This document shows, piece after piece, positions 20,550 to 30,392 of a DNA stretch of 64,000 bases. The notes below the pieces were generated by a model. That model was not told the DNA's origin. It made no database searches and worked only from the letters and a program-made list of their open reading frames with translations. Numbering within the stretch: the stretch's first letter is position 1; the number at the start of each line of letters is the position of its first letter. A program made the translations under genes and the position numbers. The stretch lies in IMG/VR virus record IMGVR_UViG_3300047561_000814, positions 40,478-104,477 of that record. One strand, written 5' to 3'. The stretch comes from a virus. Its lineage: Duplodnaviria; Caudoviricetes.

Positions 20550-20918
20550 ATGGCTGATACATACACACCTACTTCAGGTATGAAGGCTGCTGCTCGTCGT
20601 GCTTTAAAATGGAAAGCAGATGGCAAGGCAACTGGTGCAGGAACTCCAGTAGGTTGGGGTAGAGCAACAGATATTGTAAATGGATCTGCTATGTCTCTTA
20701 GTACTGTTAAGAGAATGTATTCTTTTTTTTCCCGTCATGAGGTAGATAAAAAGGGTAAGGGTTTTTATTCTGGTCCAGATTTTCCATCTAATGGAAAAAT
20801 TATGTGGGATGCTTGGGGTGGCGATGCAGGATTTTCATGGAGCCGTGCAATTGTAGAAAGAGAAAAAAAGAAAGTAGAAAAGGTTTGGCAGGGAACTGCC
20901 TTTGATCTAAGAAAGTAG
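20550..20918 (+). CDS. conserved phage hypothetical protein
   Basis: GTPVGWGRA..RMYSFFSRHE..WGGDAG. Confidence 0.65.
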   Translation: MADTYTPTSGMKAAARRALKWKADGKATGAGTPVGWGRATDIVNGSAMSLSTVKRMYSFFSRHEVDKKGKGFYSGPDFPSNGKIMWDAWGGDAGFSWSRAIVEREKKKVEKVWQGTAFDLRK

Positions 20919-21088
20919 TGGGTATATGGATAATTTAGAAAAAAATGAGTTAATTCAGTTAATATCATTTTATAAGCAAAAACTATCTGACGTAGAACTA
21001 GAGTCATTAAAACTACAACTTGAAGTTAATAAACTTAACTCTATGGTTTTAGGCTTGAGCAAAGAATCAGTTAAAAAAACTAAATAAA

Positions 21089-21517
21089 ATGGAATATTTA
21101 TTAGTTATGGGCTTGACATTGCTGGCCTACTGGTCTATAATTAAGATATCAAATAAAAAAAGAATATCATTTTTAAAAAAAATTAAATATCGGCAAAGCA
21201 ATATTCATGAAATGATTAAAGATGTTATTCCAAAAGAAAGGTTTGAGAAGCCTAAGTTTATTACTCAATCTCAAAGACATATTCAAAAAAATATGTTAAA
21301 AGTAGTAATAGAAAAAGATAAAGCATATTGGATAATGGATAATGTTTTTTATACTGCTGATGCTATTAATGGCAGGGTAGATGAAAATACAGCAAAACCA
21401 TTAGATATTGAAAATATGCCAACAAAAGAATTAGATAATATGTTATCAATACTTGATGACTTAAAACAAGGAGTGGGACCAAATGATAGTGGCAGTACAG
21501 GGAACAAAAGAGTTTAA
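21089..21517 (+). CDS. N-terminally anchored membrane protein
   Basis: One N-terminal TM segment. Confidence 0.55.
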   Translation: MEYLLVMGLTLLAYWSIIKISNKKRISFLKKIKYRQSNIHEMIKDVIPKERFEKPKFITQSQRHIQKNMLKVVIEKDKAYWIMDNVFYTADAINGRVDENTAKPLDIENMPTKELDNMLSILDDLKQGVGPNDSGSTGNKRV

Positions 21518-21833
21518 CCAGTACAACATTTTTCTACGTGCCATGAGTGTTGCCTTATCAGGAATGAAAGATGAAGATAGTGAGTTCATTATTTATTCCG
21601 CTGGCCCATCAAAAATAAATAATTTTGTTTCAGAGTTCTCTAATTTATCAGAACGTGGAATGAAGGCAAGAGGCAAAAAAATTAAATTTTATAATGTAGC
21701 ACCCGTATGGTTGAGTGAGCATATAAAGCAAATTAATTATTTTGCTTTTTTAAGTAATCCAAAAGAACCAAAATCAAAATTGGTTTTAACTGCAGAAGCA
21801 AACAACATTGACGTTGGTCTTTTTAAGTATTAG
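21483..21833 (+). CDS. hypothetical protein (SLOG/DUF2493-like start)
   Basis: MIVAVQGTKEF N-terminus. Confidence 0.45.
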   Translation: MIVAVQGTKEFNQYNIFLRAMSVALSGMKDEDSEFIIYSAGPSKINNFVSEFSNLSERGMKARGKKIKFYNVAPVWLSEHIKQINYFAFLSNPKEPKSKLVLTAEANNIDVGLFKY

Positions 21834-21841
21834 GAGAAAAA

Positions 21842-22051
21842 ATGATTATTAGAAGTTTAAAGACAATGGAAAAAATTGTAAATAAAAACGAAAACCTTAT
21901 TTGGCATGCGTGGGATGTAATTGATTTAAAAGAATCTGATACAGCAAAAACCTCTCCTATGGGCATTAGAGTAAAAAACAAATGGTATCTGCATAGAATT
22001 TATAAGCCTGGTCGCAATGGTTGGGATATACCAAATAAGTATAAGGATTAA
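21842..22051 (+). CDS. hypothetical protein
   Basis: RBS aggag. Confidence 0.55.
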   Translation: MIIRSLKTMEKIVNKNENLIWHAWDVIDLKESDTAKTSPMGIRVKNKWYLHRIYKPGRNGWDIPNKYKD

Positions 22052-22053
22052 CC

Positions 22054-22338
22054 TTGAAACAGCATTTATGGAAAGACCAAGCCTTGTGTTTGGGAACGGA
22101 TAACAACGCATTTTTTGATAAATACGAAGACCATGAGGGATCTAGAAGAGACATTGATTCACTTTGCAAACAGTGCCCAGTTAGAAAAGTATGCTTTGCT
22201 AATGGCGTTTCAGGAAAAGAGTGGGGTGTTTGGGGTGGGGTATACTTAGAAGGTGGAGAAGTTTCAAGAGAGTTTAATAAACATAAAACCAAAGAAGATT
22301 GGTCTAAAACATGGCAATCACTAACAATGGAGGAATAG
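22054..22338 (+). CDS. whiB: WhiB-family Fe-S transcription factor
   Basis: W..ALC..C..CPV..C..GVWGG. Confidence 0.9.
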   Translation: MKQHLWKDQALCLGTDNNAFFDKYEDHEGSRRDIDSLCKQCPVRKVCFANGVSGKEWGVWGGVYLEGGEVSREFNKHKTKEDWSKTWQSLTMEE

Positions 22339-22342
22339 TAAA

Positions 22343-23098
22343 ATGATTATACAAATTATAGGTTTACCAGGATCTGGCAAAACGACATTAGCAAAAGAAT
22401 TAGTAAAAAAAATTAATGCAATTCATCTCAATGCTGATGAAGTAAGATCTGATTTAAATAAAGACTTAGGTTTTACCTTAGAAGATAGGATTGAGCAGTC
22501 TCGTCGTATGGGGGCTTTGTCAAGACTTCTTTCAAATCAGGGGTATGACGTTGTTGTAGACTTTGTTAATCCAACAAAAGAAACAAGAGATGCTTTTGGA
22601 AAACCAGATAGACTTATTTGGATGAATACATTTGAAAAAAGTAAATATCCAGATACAGACAAAATGTTTCAATATCCAGAAACTTTTGATATGTGTTTTG
22701 ATAAAACAATTCCAATGGAAGAAAGAATTAACATAATCATTGAAGGTTTTGGATTACATGACTGGAGCAAGCCAACTACATTAATGCTTGGTCGTTATCA
22801 ACCATGGCATGAAGGACATCATGCTCTTTATACAGAAGCGCAAAATCGTACAGAGCAAGTAATGGTTGGCGTTAGGGATACACATGGAACAACAGAGAAA
22901 GATCCTCTTACCTTTGATGAAGTAAGAGAATATATATCAAAAGATTCATACATGGATAAAGCAATGGTAATTAAAATGCCAAACATTACAAATATTGTTT
23001 ATGGTCGTGATGTAGGATATAAGATTGAACAAGTAGATTTGGGGGCAGACATTCATGCTATTTCGGCTACTGAAAAACGTAAAGAATTGGGTATTTAG
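22343..23098 (+). CDS. adenylyl-sulfate kinase-like domain fused to an HxGH nucleotidyltransferase
   Basis: GLPGSGKTT, LNADEVR..DLGF..DR; C-terminal GRYQPWHEGH. Confidence 0.75.
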   Translation: MIIQIIGLPGSGKTTLAKELVKKINAIHLNADEVRSDLNKDLGFTLEDRIEQSRRMGALSRLLSNQGYDVVVDFVNPTKETRDAFGKPDRLIWMNTFEKSKYPDTDKMFQYPETFDMCFDKTIPMEERINIIIEGFGLHDWSKPTTLMLGRYQPWHEGHHALYTEAQNRTEQVMVGVRDTHGTTEKDPLTFDEVREYISKDSYMDKAMVIKMPNITNIVYGRDVGYKIEQVDLGADIHAISATEKRKELGI

Positions 23099-23163
23099 TT
23101 TTGGGAAAGGCATTGCAGATGCAGAAGATAGATTTGTTAAAAGCATGTTTGAAGAAGATATAG

Positions 23164-23370
23164 ATGATGAAAGTAACAAAGACTAGATCATTTATTAAAG
23201 CATTAAGTTATAGAATTTGGGGAACCCTTTCATCTGTTGCTGTTGCTTATGTTATTACAAAAAATGCTTCACTTTCTATAACAATTGCTTTTTGGGAAAC
23301 CGTTGTTAAAATATTTATTTACTACGCACATGAGCGTGGCTGGAATAAAGTTCAGTGGGGAAGAAAATGA
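23164..23370 (+). CDS. DUF2061 membrane protein
   Basis: RSFIKALSYRI..YYAHERGW. Confidence 0.75.
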   Translation: MMKVTKTRSFIKALSYRIWGTLSSVAVAYVITKNASLSITIAFWETVVKIFIYYAHERGWNKVQWGRK

Positions 23371-23600
23371 TGTATACGGAAGAAATGCGTAGGGCTGTGC
23401 ATTCAATTACACCGCCTAAAGGATTTGGCGTTGAGATTATTGACAATGAGCACTTCCTTACGGTAAAATTAGATGAAAGAAAATTTTTGCACATGGTGCA
23501 TGATGATAAAATATCAGCGCTCCAGTATGTAGTAAAAATAAAAAAGGCTTTAGAGGAGTGTGCTGCTATAGTTTTAGTAACTAGGGAGGCAATAAAATGA
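23355..23600 (+). CDS. hypothetical protein
   Basis: Operon ORF. Confidence 0.55.
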   Translation: MGKKMMYTEEMRRAVHSITPPKGFGVEIIDNEHFLTVKLDERKFLHMVHDDKISALQYVVKIKKALEECAAIVLVTREAIK

Positions 23601-23852
23601 TAAAACAATTTAGTCTGTTTTTTATTTGTAAAATAAAATCACATAACTTTGTTGACGCTGGTTCTTGTCCATTTACTGGTAAAACCTATGTAGCCTGCCT
23701 AAGATGTGGAGCAACAATAACAAAATGAAAAAAAAAATAATTATATTAGTATTATCAACTATATCTGCTCTTGTTGCAGTTAGTTTATTTTTTGCTTCAA
23801 GGCTTAGTCAATTATCAGACTTAGATTTATTTGACATTGAAGAAGATGATTA

Positions 23853-24341
23853 ATGCAAACATTTTTACCATATAAAGACTTTGATCAATGTGCTGAATCT
23901 CTTGACAATAAACGTTTAAATAAGCAAATATTAGAGTCCTATCAAATACTCAAAGTCTTATCTGGTCAATCCCCTTCAGGTGCATGGCGCAACCATCCAG
24001 CGGTACTTATGTGGAAAAATGCTGAAAAGTCATTACGTATATACGTTAATGCCATGATTAAAGAGGCTAGACTTAGAGGTATTAGGACAGATGGCAATGA
24101 GTCCAACCTAGACGCCTTAGAGGCCGTTTCTGGGCATCTGTGGGGTACTCAGAAGCCAGTCTGGAGTCAGGTATCTCATGTAAATCGTGTCAATATTACC
24201 CATAGGGCTAATCTTTATCGTAAAGATCATATTTATTATGCAGAGTTTTATAAAGATACTAAAAGTGAATATAACAAGCCTTGTTGTGATAAATGTTTAT
24301 ATTATTGGACAACTCACGCTATTAGGAATGGAGTACAATAG
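23853..24341 (+). CDS. pyrimidine-dimer DNA glycosylase-like (MSMEG_6728 family)
   Basis: MQTFLPY..LD.KRLNKQ..E..W.NHPA..MW..HR.NL.RKD. Confidence 0.85.
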   Translation: MQTFLPYKDFDQCAESLDNKRLNKQILESYQILKVLSGQSPSGAWRNHPAVLMWKNAEKSLRIYVNAMIKEARLRGIRTDGNESNLDALEAVSGHLWGTQKPVWSQVSHVNRVNITHRANLYRKDHIYYAEFYKDTKSEYNKPCCDKCLYYWTTHAIRNGVQ

Positions 24342-24346
24342 ATAGT

Positions 24347-24709
24347 ATGGAGATGATGTTTCTGATATTTTTTGCCACCCTGTCTTTTTCCTTTGGACTA
24401 TCCTATTGGGCTACCCTTGATAAACTAAAAAAGTCTAACCTATTATTGGCTGAACTTTTTATAAAAAACAGGGCACTTGAAGAATTAAACTCTCAAGCCA
24501 ATAGTGGTATCAACATGTCTGACGACACACTACATAAAGAAAACTTTATAAAATTCCTATCTGATTCTAGAGACTGGGCATTTGAATATATTGAAAAGTC
24601 ACAGCAAACAATTAAAGAGGTTTCTGATGAATTGAAGGTAAAAGGTTTGGATAAATACTCCGATAAACTTTTAGCGCTTTTACCAGAAATAAATCAAGGG
24701 AAAAAATAA
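24347..24709 (+). CDS. membrane-anchored hypothetical protein
   Basis: N-terminal TM plus coiled coil. Confidence 0.55.
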   Translation: MEMMFLIFFATLSFSFGLSYWATLDKLKKSNLLLAELFIKNRALEELNSQANSGINMSDDTLHKENFIKFLSDSRDWAFEYIEKSQQTIKEVSDELKVKGLDKYSDKLLALLPEINQGKK

Positions 24710-24710
24710 T

Positions 24711-24869
24711 ATGAAAGATGTTCTGTTATCAATTATCACAGGTTTTGGATGCGGTGTCGTGTTCGCAGCATTCAAATTGCCAGTACCAGCACCACCAGTT
24801 TTTGCGGGAGTCGCAGGAATTATTGGTTTATGGATTGGCTATAAAACACTAACACAGATTATATCCTAG
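24711..24869 (+). CDS. XapX/DUF1427-like small membrane protein (below cutoff)
   Basis: MKDVLLSIITGFGCGVVFAAFKLPVPAPPVFAGVAGIIGLWIGY. Confidence 0.7.
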   Translation: MKDVLLSIITGFGCGVVFAAFKLPVPAPPVFAGVAGIIGLWIGYKTLTQIIS

Positions 24870-24877
24870 GAGGAATA

Positions 24878-25156
24878 ATGAATAACATACTAAATGATAA
24901 GACAAAGGCAATGCTGGCATCATATGGACGATCAGTTCTTGGTTCAGTAATTGCACTTTACATGGCTGGCGTAACAGATCCAAAAGATCTATGGACTGCA
25001 TTAATTGCTGCCCTGGCGCCCGTTGCATTGAGAGCACTTAATCCAAATGACAAATCTTTTGGCGTATTGCCAGATACAGGAGCCATTTCAGATGCTCTTG
25101 CTAAAATTGTTCCAGTTAAAAGTGCACCAAAAAAGAAGACTGCTAAGAAAAAGTAG
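24878..25156 (+). CDS. holin-like membrane protein
   Basis: Two TMs, RALNPND, basic tail; aggagg RBS. Confidence 0.55.
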   Translation: MNNILNDKTKAMLASYGRSVLGSVIALYMAGVTDPKDLWTALIAALAPVALRALNPNDKSFGVLPDTGAISDALAKIVPVKSAPKKKTAKKK

Positions 25157-25167
25157 TTTATTATATA

Positions 25168-25208
25168 AAGGGGGCAAACTTAAAAACTTGCCCTCTTTAT
25201 TTTTTTTA
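25168..25208 (+). terminator. intrinsic terminator
   Basis: aagggggcaa..ttgccctctt followed by a T-run. Confidence 0.7.
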
Positions 25209-25220
25209 TAATGGGGATTA

Positions 25221-25913
25221 ATGGATTTTGTATATATATGTAAAGATGGAATAAACGAAGAATTAAAGTATTCAATTAGATCTGTCGTTGAAAGTTTTCC
25301 AGAAGCAAACATATGGGTTGTTGGCGGTAAGCCTGATTGGTATGTAGGCAATTATATAAAAGTAGAACAAAAAGAATCAAAGTATAAAAATGCTGTAAAA
25401 AATTTAGAAACAATTTGTTTTTCACAAGAAATATCAAAATCTTTTATTTTAATGAATGATGACTTTTATATCATTAAAAAAATAAATAGAATAGAAAATT
25501 TTCATAGTGGCTTCTTATTAGATAAAATAAACTTATACCAAAAATTAAATGGCAACTCTCAGTACACCAGAAAACTTTCAGGAACATATAAGAAACTTAA
25601 AGCGTTAGAATTTGAGAACCCGCTAGACTATGAACTCCACGTTCCAATGATTATGGAAAAAGAAAAATTAAAGATAGTGTTAGAACTTTTAGATCAGTTT
25701 TTATGGAGATCTATATATGGAAACAAGTTTAATGTTGGTGGCACACAAATGGAAGACGTAAAGGTTTACAATTCTGGACCATTAGTTCTTAAGTCTTATA
25801 ATTTAAACATAGATGATCATACATATTTATCTAGTTCCGATAGTTCATTTAATAATATATTTAATAAAATACTTAAAGACAAGTTTAACAAAAAAACTAG
25901 ATTTGAGCAATAA
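25221..25913 (+). CDS. Stealth-like/glycosyltransferase-associated protein
   Basis: MDFVY, ELKYSIRSV, FILMNDDF, HVPM. Confidence 0.55.
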   Translation: MDFVYICKDGINEELKYSIRSVVESFPEANIWVVGGKPDWYVGNYIKVEQKESKYKNAVKNLETICFSQEISKSFILMNDDFYIIKKINRIENFHSGFLLDKINLYQKLNGNSQYTRKLSGTYKKLKALEFENPLDYELHVPMIMEKEKLKIVLELLDQFLWRSIYGNKFNVGGTQMEDVKVYNSGPLVLKSYNLNIDDHTYLSSSDSSFNNIFNKILKDKFNKKTRFEQ

Positions 25914-26934
25914 GTTCTAGGTATTTATCTTTTAATATTGTTGGAGAAAAGTTGTTAAACCCTAACTCGTAAGCCTGTTGTTTATAAATAGTTTTATCAT
26001 TGATAGACATGTACTTATCAATTGTTTGTGCTAACAAAACATTATTTGCTTCAACCAAATCAATTCTAACCTTTGTTCTAATGGTTCCAATGGAATCTGA
26101 GTCAACTAACCAATCTTGTGGCAAGATCTGGTTATTGGGTGAAACATTTGTCATAAAAACGGGGAGACCAGAAAGCAAAGCCTCATTCATTGGCAAACAC
26201 AGTCCTGCATATCGTCTAGGCAATACCATAGCATCAAAGCCATTGTATAGGTCTTCCCTGTTTTCTGGATTGCCAATTTCAATCTTTAGCCTTGAGTCTG
26301 TTACATTAGTTACTACTTCACTTTGACTTCTAATAACTAATTCATAATCAGCCTTAGAGTGTTTTAACATATTAATTACAGTTTCAGTACCGTTTCTATC
26401 TTTGGCTGCCTTCTTACCAGCAATGTGTAATAACCTATTATGTGATTTAGAAATGTTATTGTTTTTTACACTTGTAAATAACTCAGGACTGGTTGGTGGC
26501 GGAAGATGAATTACCTTTGTTCTATCTCCAAACATATTTTTAATTGTTTCAATTTGCCATAAACTAGGAGATAACAATACAGTTGGTAGCGGTAGTTCTG
26601 GGTTTGATAAATGACCAAACAGTTCATAGTTATACTGAAGAATAGTTTTTACGCCACGCCTATTTGCAAACCTTACAAAATTTTGATCATAAAAGGTTTC
26701 ACAACTCAAGACAACATCTACATCTCCTAAAAACATTTTTATCTGTTGAACAGATGGAAAACCTTGTGTCTTAATGCAACTATATTGGTCATACCAGTGT
26801 GGATGTTGCTTGTTGTTATTAAACGGGGTAGAGTCAATTAAAAGAATCTTATCAGGGTTAAGCATATTAACTAACTCTTTAGTCTGATTACCAAGGCCAG
26901 TATTGTCTGATCTTGCTATAATTCCTAGTCTCAT
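25897..26934 (-). CDS. GT-B (GT4-like) glycosyltransferase
   Basis: PRRYAGLCLPMNEALLSGLPV. Confidence 0.8.
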   Translation of the reverse strand: MRLGIIARSDNTGLGNQTKELVNMLNPDKILLIDSTPFNNNKQHPHWYDQYSCIKTQGFPSVQQIKMFLGDVDVVLSCETFYDQNFVRFANRRGVKTILQYNYELFGHLSNPELPLPTVLLSPSLWQIETIKNMFGDRTKVIHLPPPTSPELFTSVKNNNISKSHNRLLHIAGKKAAKDRNGTETVINMLKHSKADYELVIRSQSEVVTNVTDSRLKIEIGNPENREDLYNGFDAMVLPRRYAGLCLPMNEALLSGLPVFMTNVSPNNQILPQDWLVDSDSIGTIRTKVRIDLVEANNVLLAQTIDKYMSINDKTIYKQQAYELGFNNFSPTILKDKYLELIAQI

Positions 26935-27692
26935 TCTTTATACCCCCAGATTTCATCATCGGAAGTATATTTTCTTCCACCTTGGCGACCATCTAGATGA
27001 TAAGAACGCTTAATGCTTCCCTCTGGATGATAAATCCAAAGTTTATGCATTTCCCAATTTTCTTGATTAAATACTTCATATGGGAATATGTCATCTTGAA
27101 TTGCTCCATGAAATGTATCTTCTATAAAAAATTTATCTTTACATCTTGGTAGCACAATATCTTTGTAGTATTTTTTTCTACTTAAATGTGGGCGCTGACT
27201 CCATTGTATGGTTTTCATAAAGCCATCCTCTAAACCAAACATAAGGTGTTCATGCTCTTTTGGTATAAATGATTCATGGTGAAAACGAATAGTGTTTGCC
27301 TTATTGTATTCAAACATATCCAAACACTTGTCCCAGTCTATTGGTGTATCTGAAGTCAAAGGAGCATCTCCTTCAATATAAAGCAATAGCGGTGTTTTAA
27401 CTTCAGTAATTGTTTGACGCATCATATTGGTTTGATGACTATGTTCTTTAAATATAAAAGGTAGGATGTTCTTATCTTCATGCAAACATTTCCATAAAAT
27501 GCGATTTTTGTATTCATCGTAATCTTTTTTACGATTTTTTTGTTCTTCCCTAAGACCATCTATCTGCATAATAATTTCGTTGTCTGGAAAATGAACACGA
27601 ATATCACTAATGGTTTGATCTATCATTTTTGTGCTTGGGTGATCTGTAATTACAGAAGTAGCCATGACAATCGTTATATCCCTTTTATGCAT
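26931..27692 (-). CDS. GT-A-like glycosyltransferase
   Basis: IDG, LLYIEGD (DxD-like), HLDGR; operon context. Confidence 0.55.
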   Translation of the reverse strand: MHKRDITIVMATSVITDHPSTKMIDQTISDIRVHFPDNEIIMQIDGLREEQKNRKKDYDEYKNRILWKCLHEDKNILPFIFKEHSHQTNMMRQTITEVKTPLLLYIEGDAPLTSDTPIDWDKCLDMFEYNKANTIRFHHESFIPKEHEHLMFGLEDGFMKTIQWSQRPHLSRKKYYKDIVLPRCKDKFFIEDTFHGAIQDDIFPYEVFNQENWEMHKLWIYHPEGSIKRSYHLDGRQGGRKYTSDDEIWGYKE

Positions 27693-28548
27693 TTACTTGC
27701 CTCATTAACTCAATAAAAAGATCTCTTTTATATTTAATCCACCAACAAACAACTTGGTGCATTTCAGATATATAATTATTTAATAATTCAGGCAACAAAT
27801 CAGATAAAGTTTGCCAATTTTCAACAGTTTTTATTGAATGCTCACCCTGAAATAAAAAATTAAAAAAATCTGTACGTTGCATTTTTGAATCTAATTTGTC
27901 TCCTATTGGTAAACAAAGCATTTCAATTGCTTCATAAAATCTGAATGAATCAATAACCATTGCTCCGCTAGGACAAGGAACAATCTTTGATAAAAACATT
28001 TTATCGTAATATGATTTTGGACTTAAGCCTTCTGCAAAACCATTAGTTGGATTATAAAAAGAATTTGGTATATTAGGCATAACAATTGCAAGTTCTTGCC
28101 TTCTTTGATGTGTTATCTGTCCTGAAAAAAATGCATCATACGATTTATCTTGATACTCTGGTAAATTATTTGGTAAGTGTTGTGGAACACCTAATGCTAA
28201 CTTATTATATTGTGAATGTTTTCTGTGCGGGTATTGAATCCAAATTTCAATATTACTATGTTCTATCTTGTCAACTTTAAATGTGGCACTTTCATCTCCA
28301 GTAATAAATAAAACTACCCTGCTTATTTTATTTAACTCTTTGGATATTTGATCCTCATAATCTACATTTTGTGGTCCAGGAATAACAACAAAGGCTCTAT
28401 CTGTGTTAGGCAAGGTTGTTACCTTATCTGGTTTAATATTATTTTTATTAAAAAATTGTTTTAATAAGCCGTAATCCCATTTATCAGCAGCACAATCTTC
28501 TTTTTTAACTGAATAAAGATATGCGTTAATCATGTTAAAACCTTCCAT
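27685..28548 (-). CDS. exostosin/GT47-like glycosyltransferase
   Basis: FFSGQ..R, CPSG..DSFRFYEA. Confidence 0.6.
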   Translation of the reverse strand: MEGFNMINAYLYSVKKEDCAADKWDYGLLKQFFNKNNIKPDKVTTLPNTDRAFVVIPGPQNVDYEDQISKELNKISRVVLFITGDESATFKVDKIEHSNIEIWIQYPHRKHSQYNKLALGVPQHLPNNLPEYQDKSYDAFFSGQITHQRRQELAIVMPNIPNSFYNPTNGFAEGLSPKSYYDKMFLSKIVPCPSGAMVIDSFRFYEAIEMLCLPIGDKLDSKMQRTDFFNFLFQGEHSIKTVENWQTLSDLLPELLNNYISEMHQVVCWWIKYKRDLFIELMRQVNA

Positions 28549-29147
28549 AATTTTTCTTCTACAATAAGTTTACCAATTAAATCTTCGTCTATGTAAGATG
28601 GGTCATGTACATATGCTATCTGTGAGTTATATTTTTTGATTGCCTCAATTTTATGCTGTGTAAAATTAATTGGAATGTTTTCTAAAGTATGGACTAACTC
28701 AAACTGTTTTAATCTTTCTTTATGTAACTCTGGATGCGACATTCTATATGGCAATTCAGCATATATAAAGTATGTTTTATTAAAACTTTTCATTAAATTA
28801 AAGAGATTGTCTGATAAAAAAACATGGTCTGGATGATGAATACCCAATGGAATATATACATTATCAAAATTTACAATTATATTTTTTATCCAATCAATTA
28901 AAATATCTTCATTTTGTTTTCCATAGACATCATCTAATAAATCGCCATTAATAACCTCAGCATTTATCATGGCACAGGCTTCATCGTGCTCCTGTCTTAG
29001 TTTGATATGTTTCTTATATCCAACTTCATCTGTTGGTATTCCAGCAAATGCAGATGCAATAGTAAAAGAATCCTCATTGTCAATAATATGATCACCTAAT
29101 GAAAAGATTGCGTCATCTGTATGTGGACAAAATATTAAATTATTCAT
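28530..29147 (-). CDS. PIG-L/LmbE-family deacetylase
   Basis: PHTDD, R..E, HPDH, Y.SQ. Confidence 0.8.
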   Translation of the reverse strand: MNNLIFCPHTDDAIFSLGDHIIDNEDSFTIASAFAGIPTDEVGYKKHIKLRQEHDEACAMINAEVINGDLLDDVYGKQNEDILIDWIKNIIVNFDNVYIPLGIHHPDHVFLSDNLFNLMKSFNKTYFIYAELPYRMSHPELHKERLKQFELVHTLENIPINFTQHKIEAIKKYNSQIAYVHDPSYIDEDLIGKLIVEEKLWKVLT

Positions 29148-29847
29148 AAAATAAATGTACCTCATGTTGATAATCTAAAAGAGTTTCCTTATATCCTAAT
29201 CCTTTTATCCATTGTCTAAGATCATGTAATGCCTCATTCCACTGTTGCAACATAAATTCAGGGTGTCCAGATAACCAAATCTTAGGTTTATGCTCTCTAA
29301 GCACCCTCTCAGCCCCTCCTAGGACCCTCCATTCACTACCTTCTACGTCCAAAGAAATGGCGGTAGGTGGTTTAATACCGTGATCATATACACAAGAATC
29401 TATAGTAATCTGACCATAGGTTTCTCCTTCAAGGTATAGTTCTTTGAATCCGTGGGCTATTTCAATAACATCATTGACTTCTGGTGGCCATTCATTATAA
29501 TAAATACGTGAAAGACTGTTTATCTTATCAGATGCAAAGCCAGGTATACATACCATTGGAATTTTTAAGTTATTGGCAGACCAAGTTATAGGAAAATGTG
29601 ACCACACCTTGGGATTTGGTTCAAATAAAACTAATTCTGCGCCCCACATTTGACATAGTGCTGGAAACTCTCCTTCTTCTGCACCCACATAATAAACAAT
29701 ATCTCCATTACCAATATTTTTATGCATTGATTTTAGTCTTAATTTTTCCCATCCATGAGGCTGGTACCAATCTGGTCTATCTGCACGATGTTTTGGCAAG
29801 ATCATTTCAAACTCTCCGTTTAAAACTGCTTTGACCATCTCTGTCAT
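29140..29847 (-). CDS. FkbM-family methyltransferase
   Basis: VGAEEG, FEPNP, LDVEGSE..VL.GA. Confidence 0.82.
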   Translation of the reverse strand: MTEMVKAVLNGEFEMILPKHRADRPDWYQPHGWEKLRLKSMHKNIGNGDIVYYVGAEEGEFPALCQMWGAELVLFEPNPKVWSHFPITWSANNLKIPMVCIPGFASDKINSLSRIYYNEWPPEVNDVIEIAHGFKELYLEGETYGQITIDSCVYDHGIKPPTAISLDVEGSEWRVLGGAERVLREHKPKIWLSGHPEFMLQQWNEALHDLRQWIKGLGYKETLLDYQHEVHLFYE

Positions 29848-30392
29848 TTCATTGCCTCCATAAAATAAAATTCATGTTCTCTTGTATCAAGTTCATAAAT
29901 TTTTTCATTTGATAATACTGTTTCTTTATATTTTACTTTTGTTATATTTTTAAACCCAGAGTCGTGTAGTTTATACTCTAACGCTTTATCTGTTAGTAAT
30001 GATCTTGATGTTGAATACCACGTCAACCAAGCAGAAAAACGTCTATCTAAAATATCTTCAGAGTTGGGGAAAAAGTTAATGTTATTATTTTTATATGCAT
30101 CAAATCCAGAAACAATATCTGGCAAACTAATTCTAACGACACCGCCAGGCTTTAATACACGAATAAACTCTAGTAGTGTTGTTTTAATTTCAAGATAGGG
30201 TATTGCACATATTGTTGCATGTGAAACTATAATATCACATGAATTATCTGGAATTGAATGTAAATTTTTGTGTTCTGTTTTATATTCAGGATCAAGGTCT
30301 ATGTTTATCCAATCAAACGGCTGAATGCTACCACAACCAAAGTTTATGTTCATTGTTGTATCCAATCCATCAAAGATATTTTTGGAGTCCAT
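29844..30392 (-). CDS. SAM-dependent methyltransferase (Methyltransf_11-like)
   Basis: NFGCG, WINID, RVLKPGG. Confidence 0.8.
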   Translation of the reverse strand: MDSKNIFDGLDTTMNINFGCGSIQPFDWINIDLDPEYKTEHKNLHSIPDNSCDIIVSHATICAIPYLEIKTTLLEFIRVLKPGGVVRISLPDIVSGFDAYKNNNINFFPNSEDILDRRFSAWLTWYSTSRSLLTDKALEYKLHDSGFKNITKVKYKETVLSNEKIYELDTREHEFYFMEAMK

